25,357 bases of DNA. Origin: Myxococcota bacterium (GTDB taxonomy: Bacteria; Myxococcota_A; UBA796; GCA-2862545). Shown piece by piece: positions 9,819 through 17,564 of the stretch (position 1 is the stretch's first letter; every line of letters begins with the position of its first letter). The DNA lies in assembly GCA_039208735.1 (NCBI GenBank), contig JBCCQY010000138.1, positions 1 to 25,357 on the forward strand, given 5' to 3'. The notes below the pieces were generated by a model, which was not told where the DNA came from, made no database searches, and saw nothing but the letters and a program-made list of their open reading frames with translations. The translations under genes were made by a program, and so were the position numbers.

Positions 9819-10670
9819 TCAATCGGTCGGTGCAACCAACGGAATCCGACGCAAGCTTCCATCGCGCTCGCCGACATAGAGCACGTGCCGCTTGGGATCG
9901 CCGACGATCCCGTTGGCATCGAAGGTGGCCTCGAGCGCGGGTCCGTCCACGTGCCCGGGCGATCCACTTCCTGCAAAGGTCGAGATCTCGCCGTCGGGCG
10001 TGATCCGCCAGACCATACCGCGGTCTGCGGCCGTCACGTAGAGGTTGCCGTCGAGCCAGGTCAGGAAGCCCATGCGCGTCTGCATGTCGGCGATCGGTCG
10101 GGCGCGACCTTGGGGGAGGAGTTCGAAGATCCGGCCGTCCTCGAAGTTGCCGGCGTAGATCGTTCCATCGGGGGCCCGCACCATGTCGTGCAGGCCGAAA
10201 CCCGCCGGCTCGGTGACGAATCCTTCGCGAGACCCGTCGTCACGTACCCGATCGACGGTGCCCAGCGTGTAGTTGTTCACCAGCAGCGTGCCGTCGTCGA
10301 GCGCGAGGACCGCACTCGGAAAGTCCGACCCCGTCGTCACGACCAAGCCCGAACCATTGGCCTCGAGGCGCCACACGCTCCGATCGTTCCAGGTGGCGAC
10401 GTGCAGTCGAGCCTCGGCATCGAAGTCGACGCCGAGCGGAAAGGGCAGGCCCACGAGAAACCGCTCGGTCTCGCCCGTGTCAGGGTCGATGCGCACGATG
10501 TGCTCCTCGGGACCCCGGTTCGGGTCGAGGGCGCTCGCCCAGACCGAGCCGTCTCCCGGGTGCACCGCCAGCCCATCGAGGAAGTGCGTGTGCCGCACGA
10601 TCGTCGTCACCTCGCCGCCGACCGCGTTCGTGTAGTCGATCGGCGGAGATTCAGGCTCCTCCGGCTGGCA
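9819..10670 (-). CDS. Beta-propeller protein (SMP-30/gluconolactonase- or NHL-like); 5' end uncertain, possibly truncated
   Basis: Repeated blades (DGLAVHPGDGSVW, PLGVDFDAEARLHV, DMVRAPDGTIYAG, VWRITPDGEISTFAGSGSPGHVDGP). No ATG with SD before the C-Q-P-E-E segment at 10670; an alternative GTG start is at 10610. Confidence 0.72.
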   Translation of the reverse strand, partial: CQPEEPESPPIDYTNAVGGEVTTIVRHTHFLDGLAVHPGDGSVWASALDPNRGPEEHIVRIDPDTGETERFLVGLPFPLGVDFDAEARLHVATWNDRSVWRLEANGSGLVVTTGSDFPSAVLALDDGTLLVNNYTLGTVDRVRDDGSREGFVTEPAGFGLHDMVRAPDGTIYAGNFEDGRIFELLPQGRARPIADMQTRMGFLTWLDGNLYVTAADRGMVWRITPDGEISTFAGSGSPGHVDGPALEATFDANGIVGDPKRHVLYVGERDGSLRRIPLVAPTD

Positions 10671-10679
10671 GGTAGATCG

Positions 10680-10703
10680 AAATCGAAATTCTTGTTTCGA
10701 TTT
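10680..10703. promoter_or_regulatory. Inverted repeat, probable TetR operator
   Basis: AAATCGAAA-N6-TTTCGATTT, perfect 9-bp AT-rich arms, about 30 bp upstream of the TetR start. Confidence 0.65.
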
Positions 10704-10735
10704 GCTCGAAACACCCGCGTTGCCTAGGTGTGGGA

Positions 10736-11398
10736 ATGGCCGATCCACCCCGTCTGGACTGGCGCAGACCCCAACAAGCCCGGTCCCGCGCTGCACTTCA
10801 TCGCATGCTCGAGGCCACCGAGCAGTTGCTGGCCGAGCGCCACTTCGGCAACCTGTCCGTCCAAGACATCGTGGCTCGCGCGAAGAGCTCGGTTGGCGCG
10901 TTCTACCGGCAATTCGGCGACAAGCAAGGCCTGATGGACGCACTGGAGGAGCGGTACCGCGAGGAGCGAGCCTCCACCCTGGAGACGTTTGGCGAACAAC
11001 GCTGGGCGTCCGTGGCCTTGGAAGGGCGGATCCGGGCCTTCGTCGAGTTCGCGATTCGCGCCAACCGAGAGCGGATCGGGCTGTTTCGGGCGATGTGGCT
11101 GCGGGCCTGGGGCGCAGCGCCCGCCCGTCCCGAGGGGAGCACCGCGTTCACCCCGGCCGACACCTACACCACGTTCCTGCTCGCACGTCGCGACGAAATC
11201 CGGCATCCCAGACCCGAACGAGCGGTTCGGGTTGGGGTGATGGCGGTCATTCTGTTGGCCAACCAGCTCACCCTGTTCGACTACACGCGCTCCGCGATCT
11301 CGGTGGTCCCGGGCTCCGACGAGGAGCTGGTCGAGGAGCTGACCCACCTCCTGTACGGCTACCTGGTGCGCCCTTCTGCAACGCCGGACGGTTCCTGA
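10736..11398 (+). CDS. TetR/AcrR-family transcriptional regulator
   Basis: PQQARSRAALHRMLEATEQLLAERHFGNLSVQDIVARAKSSVGAFYRQFGDKQGL N-terminal HTH. Confidence 0.93.
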   Translation: MADPPRLDWRRPQQARSRAALHRMLEATEQLLAERHFGNLSVQDIVARAKSSVGAFYRQFGDKQGLMDALEERYREERASTLETFGEQRWASVALEGRIRAFVEFAIRANRERIGLFRAMWLRAWGAAPARPEGSTAFTPADTYTTFLLARRDEIRHPRPERAVRVGVMAVILLANQLTLFDYTRSAISVVPGSDEELVEELTHLLYGYLVRPSATPDGS

Positions 11399-11423
11399 CG
11401 GTGAGAGGCCGGCCTAATTGATC

Positions 11424-11549
11424 GGGCAAGTTGACTTTGGCGACGTTGGGCATTTGCTCGAACCGAAGAGTGGCAAATCCCGTCGAGCCTGGGTGTTCGT
11501 GATGGTCCTGGGCCATAGCCGGCATCTGTTCGCCAAGGTGGCCTTCAAC
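11424..11549 (+). mobile_element. istA: IS21-family transposase (IstA) internal remnant
   Basis: GQVDFGDVGHLLEPKSGKSRRAWVFVMVLGHSRHLFAKVAF matches the IstA first catalytic-Asp block (QVDFG...FVMxLxxSR). About 40 codons only; no istB, no clear ends. Confidence 0.75.
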
Positions 11550-11554
11550 GGCCC

Positions 11555-11755
11555 CAACTCCGACACCTGCGTCCACGAGCACTCGAACTCTTCGAGGTGA
11601 ACGTCCTGCCTATCGATGATGAGCACGGCGACCGGGTGGCCTTTGACGGTCGACGCCTTCGTGGCTGGTTCGATGTGCAGGGACGCGGCGAGGGCGCGAC
11701 CCCGAGGCAACCCGCGCTCGCTGATGCGCTGTCGAAGCGGATCACGCGTCACTGA
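11555..11755 (+). pseudogene. Start-less 3' fragment of an unknown gene
   Basis: Frame QLRHLRPRALELFEVNVLPIDDEHGDRVAFDGRRLRGWFDVQGRG...ALSKRITRH-stop with protein-like composition; joined out of frame to the istA remnant. Confidence 0.35.
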
Positions 11756-11950
11756 GGGAGCCGGCAGCGCATCCGACGCGGCGAGCGGTGCTCCCTGACG
11801 CATCGGATGGGCACCCAACGGACCGTACGGAAGGTAGAGGATCTGCTCTCCTTGCCGGTTTTCATCGGCGCACGACGCGGGTTGCGCGCAATGAGCGTTG
11901 GACGAGCGTTGGTCGTGAGTAACGGGGTAAGCACAGAAATCAGCGCCCAC

Positions 11951-11965
11951 TGGCTCGGCACGTGC
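11951..11965 (+). promoter_or_regulatory. Possible sigma54 (-24/-12) promoter for the HDO gene
   Basis: TGGCTCGGCACGTGC has GG-N10-GC spacing, about 70 nt before ATG 12034; deviates from the TGGCAC...TTGC consensus. Confidence 0.3.
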
Positions 11966-12033
11966 CCTGGATTTTGCCCGCCTGTGCCCTGAAGTGAGCC
12001 TCGAACGAGGCTACCAGCCTCAGTTCGGCAGCG

Positions 12034-12846
12034 ATGGCGGAGGTGCTGACCGACGACGTCGAGGACACGCTCCAGCAGATGCAGTGGCCGTCTCTGCCGC
12101 CCCAGGAGGATCCTCGATACTCATGGGTGTACCCACCCATCGCGAGGTTGTTCCTCATGCAAACGTTTACGCTCGAACAGCTCACGGACTTCATCTGGCA
12201 GGACTACCGCCCCAATCTGGCCGCGACCCTGGGCCGGTTCACCGAGCGGACGCGCGAGGCGACGGATGAGATGATGCGAAGGTACATCGCCAACTCTTTT
12301 CCGTTCGTCTACTCGTTCAACGATCTGTGTCGTATGCTGGTCCTGCGCCACAACGCCTGCGAAGGTCTGGTTCACACCGAGGTCTTCGCGCATGCGCGCT
12401 CCGACCTCGACCACTACGACCTGTATACGCGCGATTACGCCGAGCACCGAGCTTGGGAGCAAGCGCTCGACATCGAGCCCTTCGTCTCGTTGCACAACGC
12501 GTTGTGGAGGGGCTACGCGGCAACTCCACCGGAGTACCACTACCACCTCCTCCTCGTCTACGAGGTCATGTCGACCGCATGGCTCGCATGCTGGCACAAT
12601 GTCTCTTCCCATCACCAGCTCGACTACCACTTCCTCGGACACGTCCACCTCTCCGAGGACGACTACAAGCAGCACCTGCTGTCCCACCGTGAGGTGTTCG
12701 CGGACGAGCTGCCCCAGCAGACGTTCTGGGCGCTGAGGCGGAGCTACGACGAGATCTCGTCTGGCTTCGTGACCTGGTTCAGTCGCGCGCTCACCAGGGC
12801 AGAACTTGAGGATCGGTCGCTGACGAGTTCGCGCTTGGCAGGCTGA
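12034..12846 (+). CDS. Heme-oxygenase-like dimetal oxidase (HDO), AetD-like putative diiron enzyme
   Basis: All-helical-looking, His/Glu/Asp/aromatic-rich protein with FVYSFNDLCR, HARSDLDHYDLYTRD, LLVYEVMS and YHFLGHVHLSED blocks in the order and spacing I recall for AetD-type HDOs; GC3-rich codons. Confidence 0.6.
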   Translation: MAEVLTDDVEDTLQQMQWPSLPPQEDPRYSWVYPPIARLFLMQTFTLEQLTDFIWQDYRPNLAATLGRFTERTREATDEMMRRYIANSFPFVYSFNDLCRMLVLRHNACEGLVHTEVFAHARSDLDHYDLYTRDYAEHRAWEQALDIEPFVSLHNALWRGYAATPPEYHYHLLLVYEVMSTAWLACWHNVSSHHQLDYHFLGHVHLSEDDYKQHLLSHREVFADELPQQTFWALRRSYDEISSGFVTWFSRALTRAELEDRSLTSSRLAG

Positions 12847-13107
12847 ACCCACCGCTGCAAGACGAGGCGCGCGCCGTTGGGGCTGTCGTGCTCGAGCAGG
12901 TAGTCGAGCCGGCTCAACGAAGCGGTGTGTCAACCTTCCTCGAGTTGGGCAAGCTGAAAACAATGCTCCGAGAACGACGATGGAGTTGCTGAGTCGGGGT
13001 CTGCCGACGGCTTCGCTGCGCATCGCGACGTTGAACCGCCATTGCCGCCAGGCCCCTGCGAGGAAGGCGGTCGTGGGGGCAAGTCCGAAGGCTCACCGAC
13101 AGGCCGT

Positions 13108-13659
13108 CTACGCCAGCGCGATCTCGTTTAGACCCTGGCGGAACTCGTCTTCTTGGAGGAACCGCACCACCGTTTGAGGGGCGTCCCGAGGGGGCATCAT
13201 CTGGTACTCGGAGAGGGTCGCGTTCTCTACAATCCCATCCGCAAGCTTGCTGTGTTCGTAGACCGCCCAGCTTAGGCCGAGGGCGACTCCGCCCTCTACT
13301 TGGGAGCTGGAGACGTCGAGGTTGACCAAGCGACCTGCTTCACAGCACACGAAGACGCGACGCACCTTGACCTGCTCATCCACCTGCTCGACCTCGACGA
13401 CCATCGCACAGACTGCGTTGCCGTAGGCGTAAACGGCCACACCCCGTGCATGCCCTACGGGCGTCGGTCGAGCCCAGCTAGCGTCCTCGCAAACCGCCAC
13501 CAGAGCCCTTCGCATACGCCGGTTGAGCGGATCTGAGCCTAGATGGGTCAGACGGAACGCCACAGGGTCGTCCCCGGCAAGATGAGCAAGCTCACGAACC
13601 GAACGAGCAACGCCATTGATCTGGAGCGTGTAATCACGCTCATCATCTGCTTCGCCCAT
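13108..13659 (-). pseudogene. Xanthine/isoquinoline-oxidoreductase family remnant: 2Fe-2S small-subunit N-terminus fused to molybdopterin large-subunit C-terminus
   Basis: MGEADDERDYTLQINGVARSV (small-subunit-like start) runs directly into RELAHLAGDDPVAFRL...RGVAV...VEV...GRLVN...QVEGGVALGLSWA (IorB/CoxL-like C-terminal part), then stops at GLNEIALA before the expected final ANA..ATG.R segment. Confidence 0.8.
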
Positions 13660-13824
13660 TTCACCCTGTCGATCGGTGCTAGTTGCGGCGCTTGCCGAGA
13701 ATACGGCTTGGAGACTTGGGACCAACGGCACAATCCGAATGCCCTCACCGCGTGACGAGTCAGAGGACCGCTGGAACGGTCGATTGACCTTCGCCCCGGT
13801 TTTTAGGGCGCGCTCGGATGGGCT

Positions 13825-14043
13825 GGCTGAGTGAGCTGGAACCCCATCGCCTTGCCTTTCAGCCTCATGGGCACCGGCCAGCGCGATGCATGGTCGTGGA
13901 GGTTCGAATCGCGAAGGAGGTCCCTCGACGTCGGGTAGAACCGACCCCGATCGGCCCTGAAAGAGGCACATCGCGTGGGCTGGCCGATACCTAGATCCGC
14001 CCTCGCCAGTCGACTTTCGAGACGGGTTCCAGCTCGCTCAACC
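13825..14043 (-). ncRNA. Candidate structured non-coding RNA of unknown family (strand tentative)
   Basis: Nested long-range helices: 13828-13844/14024-14040 (16 of 17 Watson-Crick), 13870-13882/13979-13991 and 13883-13890/13967-13974, plus inner hairpins (GTCGG-N6-CCGAC). Most non-Watson-Crick positions become G-U on the minus strand. Confidence 0.5.
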
Positions 14044-14086
14044 GACTCCTCGCCGTGCGCTCTACGACAGGCGTGGAGGCAGAGAG

Positions 14087-14812
14087 ATGACAACCTGGTT
14101 GGCGTGGCGCCTGTGCAAGTTCATCGGTGTCGTCTTGTTGACGGCGGGTGTGTTCGGCTCCATCGGTATCGATGACCCCGACCGCCGACGTGTGACGGTC
14201 TATGGGGTGGGGACGCTCGGCTGGCTATGTACGTGGGTCGGCGGCTACATGATGATGAAGATGACGGGGCGCTCCATCGAACCCTGGATCTTGGGCGCGA
14301 TGGTGGCCAGTCTCGTCAGCCTCCACGCCGCCTACCGGGCGGCCTCGTCCGCACGGCCAAGCGATGTCGCGACCCTGCTGGCCTCGGGAGGGCTGCTCGG
14401 CGCGCTAGTTACGATGGTGCTCCGGCCGATGGACTGGGGCTCGGCTGGTGCCAGCGTCACATTGGGCGGTGTCGTGGGTGCAGGGTTCGGCCTGAATGTC
14501 CGCCGGAGCAATGGAGCGGCGCTCGGGAGGGACGACCTGTGGAGCTGGTTCAAGTGGATGGCTCGCCTCGAAGGGGTCTCTCTGCTCCTCCTCTTGTTCG
14601 TCCACGTCCCGCTGAAGCGGATCTACGACGTCGCGCTGGACGGAGGAACCGGAACGTTTGGATGGATTCACGGCTCGTTCGTTCTCATCTATGCGCAAGC
14701 CGTGCTGGCCCTCGGAGCCTCGTGGGGTTGGAATGCAGGTTCCCAGGCTCTCGGCATTGCTGCGGCCCTCGTTCCTACCGGTACGTTCTGGTTCGAGCGG
14801 AGGATGCAGTGA
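14087..14812 (+). CDS. Integral membrane protein with C-terminal DUF3817 domain
   Basis: C-terminus FKWMARLEGVSLLLLLFV.VPLK...GWIHG.FVLIY...AALVPTGTFWFERR is the DUF3817 pattern; extra N-terminal TM helices; SD GGAGG. Confidence 0.8.
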   Translation: MTTWLAWRLCKFIGVVLLTAGVFGSIGIDDPDRRRVTVYGVGTLGWLCTWVGGYMMMKMTGRSIEPWILGAMVASLVSLHAAYRAASSARPSDVATLLASGGLLGALVTMVLRPMDWGSAGASVTLGGVVGAGFGLNVRRSNGAALGRDDLWSWFKWMARLEGVSLLLLLFVHVPLKRIYDVALDGGTGTFGWIHGSFVLIYAQAVLALGASWGWNAGSQALGIAAALVPTGTFWFERRMQ

Positions 14813-15601
14813 CGGCGATCCAGGTGGAAGGCGTCGTCCATGACTTCGGGCCTGTCCGCGCACTGGACTCCGTGAGCTTCGTGGTTCCCACCGGTCAGGT
14901 CACGGGCTTCTTGGGACCCAACGGCGCCGGGAAGACCACCCTGATGCGCATCCTGGCGGGCCTCGTTCGCCTCCAGCAGGGACGCGTGACGGTGTTGGGA
15001 CGGCCTCCAGGGTCCCCCGGAGCACTGTCCAAGGTGGGAGCGATCATCGAGTCTCCAGCCTTTCACCCACGTCTATCGGGACGAGACAACCTTCGATACT
15101 GGTGCAGAATCGCAGGGCTGCGACCGGGCCGGGTCGCCTCTGTGCTCACCGTCGCAGGTCTCGGGGACCGGGAGAACGATCCCGTTCACACCTACTCCCT
15201 CGGCATGAAGCAACGCCTCGGATTGGCTGCGGCCATCCTAAACGAACCCGAACTGTTGATCCTCGACGAGCCTCAGAACGGGCTCGATCCGGCTGGACGG
15301 GCGCTCCTCCGGCGCGCGATCACGAACCTCGGCTCGTCTGGCGCTAAAGGCGAGAGGTGGTTCTGACCTTCTGGTCCGGCCGGAGTTCGCCGAAGACCTG
15401 GACACGCTGCTCGGCGTCTGCAGCGCGATCGGGCCAGTACGGCGCGATGGGAACACCCTCGTTGTTCAAGGCGGCGACGAAGATGCTGCCGTGCTGAACC
15501 GATTGGCCTCAGATGCTGGGATCACCCTCGTCGAACTGAGGTCTCGGAAACCGGACCTGGAGACGTTGTTCGGTCGTCTCCAGAGAGCGGATGGCCTATG
15601 A
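14809..15601 (+). pseudogene. ABC-2 type transporter ATP-binding protein disrupted by internal deletion/frameshift near 15342
   Basis: Walker A GPNGAGKTT, signature YSLGMKQR and Walker B LILDEPQNGLD are intact; the H-loop (SSH) region is absent and the frame stops at 15366. Another frame continues LKARGGSDLLVRP...RKPDLETLFGRL-stop(15601), overlapping the permease ATG. Confidence 0.82.
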
Positions 15602-16389
15602 TTTCCGCATTCCAGGCCGAGTGGGTGCGACTGTCCGACCCCCGAGTCCGGGTCTGGATCCCCCTCGCGACCGCGGTGTTCTCCGCGGTCGTTGGCGTCG
15701 CGGTCGTTCAACTGCTCGCGACGCAAGGCAGTGTTCTCGGCTTCGGCGGCATACGGTACACCGCAGAGATGTTCAGCCGGACCGAGGGACCTGCCATGCT
15801 TACGGCACGTGTGGTCATGCTCACCGGACTGCTCACAGCGAGCCTGGGCGCGTTCCAATTCGCATCCGGCTTCGAGCACGGCACGCTGCGCACCACGTTG
15901 CAGCGGGCCCCCAGCCGGGCCTCACTGTACGTCGGAAGGCTACTCGCGACGCTTGGCTTTGCCGCGGGGCTGGCGTGGGTGGCTGCGGCGTGCGTTCTCG
16001 CCAGCACCTGGTTGGGAGCGGCGTACGCCGGGATCGACACGACTCCGTGGCTCTTGGCCTCCGGCGTCGCATCCGCCTTCCGCGGTGCCCTTTGCCTGAC
16101 GGGGGCCGCGGTCGGCTTTGCCACCGTCGGTGCGCTGTTCGGCGTAATCCTCCGCTCCTCACTGGTTGCGATCACCGTCGCTGGGACCGTCGCCTTGTTC
16201 GAAGGGTTGTTGGCCAGCCTCCTGCCGACGTCGTGGCAGGTCTTACCTGGTCAAGTGTTCGCTGCGCTGGCGCGGGGCGGGACGGAGGTCGTTTCGTTCG
16301 CCTCCTCCGCGGTGTTCACGTTTCTGTACGTCTTGGTCATGGCGAGCATCGCCGGCTGGGTGTTCTGCCGGAGGGATGTCGTCGCGTGA
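15598..16389 (+). CDS. ABC-2 type transporter permease
   Basis: AFQAEWVRL start, FEHGTLRTTLQRAPSRASLYVGRL motif, about 6 TM helices, C-terminal FCRRDV. Confidence 0.9.
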   Translation: MISAFQAEWVRLSDPRVRVWIPLATAVFSAVVGVAVVQLLATQGSVLGFGGIRYTAEMFSRTEGPAMLTARVVMLTGLLTASLGAFQFASGFEHGTLRTTLQRAPSRASLYVGRLLATLGFAAGLAWVAAACVLASTWLGAAYAGIDTTPWLLASGVASAFRGALCLTGAAVGFATVGALFGVILRSSLVAITVAGTVALFEGLLASLLPTSWQVLPGQVFAALARGGTEVVSFASSAVFTFLYVLVMASIAGWVFCRRDVVA

Positions 16390-17273
16390 ACCACCGGCCC
16401 GACCGTGCGCCGTGGCAGCACCTGCTGCTTGGCCTGTACCCCGGCGAGCTCGAGGTGCGAAGCTCCGCAGATGGCACCGTGGTATCCACAATGGTCGCGC
16501 GGTCCCGACTCATGAGTCTCCAGGGTGGGCCGATCTCCGTCACGGCGTCGGGGGAGCCCGTTGGCTCACGGCTCTGTGTTCTCGCCCAAGTCGATGGAAT
16601 CGGCCTCGTTGAACAAGACGGTCATCAATTCGTGCTTCATCCAGGCTCGATGGTTGTCATCGACGGCGCTCATCCGTCGAGAATGACCAGTGCTTCTCTG
16701 TTTCGCCAGGTCTCGTTGCTCGTCCCGAGGGACCGGTTCGAGGACCACATCCCCGTCGTTGGGACGTTGAACGGAAGGGAGCACCCCGTTGACCGGCTCC
16801 TCTTCGAAGCGTTGGCCGAATCGGCCCGTACAACCACAGACGAGCAGCGTGTCTCAGTTGCCCGGGCCGCGGTCGCCCTCCTGGGTCAGTCTACGGCGAT
16901 TCGACCTCCGAAGGCCATTCGCGCAGGCATCCGGGTCCGGAGGGCGTGCCGGTACATCATCGAGCACCTACACGAACCTGAGCTCTGTGCCGAGCAGGTC
17001 GCGACCGCCCAGGGGGTGAGTCGCCGTTGGCTGGATCAGGCGTTTCGGGGTGTCGGGACTACGGTGGCGGCACGGATCCACGAACATCGACTTCTCGAAG
17101 CCGCGCGACTCTTGGACGATCCGAGGCTGTCCATTCTCGATGTCGCGATGGCGGTGGGATTTCCGAGCGGCAGCTCCCTATCGCACGCGTTTCGGAAGAG
17201 GTTTGGAGCGAGTCCGACGGGATGGCGCATCACCCGACTCGGATCGAAATCGACGTCCGCCCTTGAGACCTGA
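16386..17273 (+). CDS. AraC-family transcriptional regulator (FeaR-like cupin N-terminus)
   Basis: VEQDGHQFVLHPGSMVVID cupin; YIIEHLHEPELCAEQVATAQGVSRRWLDQAF and ILDVAMAVGFPSGSSLSHAFRKRFGASP dual HTH; GTGA overlap with the permease stop. Confidence 0.9.
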   Translation: MNHRPDRAPWQHLLLGLYPGELEVRSSADGTVVSTMVARSRLMSLQGGPISVTASGEPVGSRLCVLAQVDGIGLVEQDGHQFVLHPGSMVVIDGAHPSRMTSASLFRQVSLLVPRDRFEDHIPVVGTLNGREHPVDRLLFEALAESARTTTDEQRVSVARAAVALLGQSTAIRPPKAIRAGIRVRRACRYIIEHLHEPELCAEQVATAQGVSRRWLDQAFRGVGTTVAARIHEHRLLEAARLLDDPRLSILDVAMAVGFPSGSSLSHAFRKRFGASPTGWRITRLGSKSTSALET

Positions 17274-17477
17274 CCGGCTGGCGGTCATCGTTCCGCTGTC
17301 GGCGTAGTTCGACACTTGGGAAGTACCTGCAAAGACGTCCGCATAGCAGTGTAGAGAACGCCGGGTGGGCGAACACGAACGCCACCCTGTGGTTGCACAC
17401 CCACCTCGATCCACGCCGACGCCCGTAGCGCGACGTTCACGACGGTCAGCACTGACTCTCGGCAGGGTCTCGGCTCG

Positions 17478-17493
17478 TGGCCCAACCCTTGCA
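17478..17493 (+). promoter_or_regulatory. Sigma54 (-24/-12) promoter candidate for the DUF4914 gene
   Basis: TGGCCC-AACCC-TTGCA versus consensus TGGCAC-N5-TTGCW; exact GG-N10-GC spacing; about 70 nt upstream of ATG 17565. Confidence 0.55.
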
Positions 17494-17564
17494 GCAGCCG
17501 ACTACGAATTCGCGAAGCAGGATTCGCCGAAACGGCTCTGCAACAAGCCAGGAGACGAACCATC

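Noticed and set aside
12847..12965. Minus-strand protein-like stretch (LSRLDYLLEHDSPNGARLVL) and TGTCAACC as a possible IS21 end
   Set aside because: Too short to assign, and no second IS end was found.
13770..13800. Minus-strand GGGGCGAAGGTCAATCGAC resembling a tmRNA 5' end, or plus-strand TGACCTTCGCCCCGG resembling an IS3 end
   Set aside because: No matching tmRNA T-arm/CCA 3' end and no partner inverted repeat or IS3 transposase.
13825..14043. Retron msr-msd, hammerhead or Moco riboswitch identity for the structured element
   Set aside because: No reverse transcriptase in the window; CUGAAAGA does not fit CUGANGA; the recalled Moco consensus motifs were not found.
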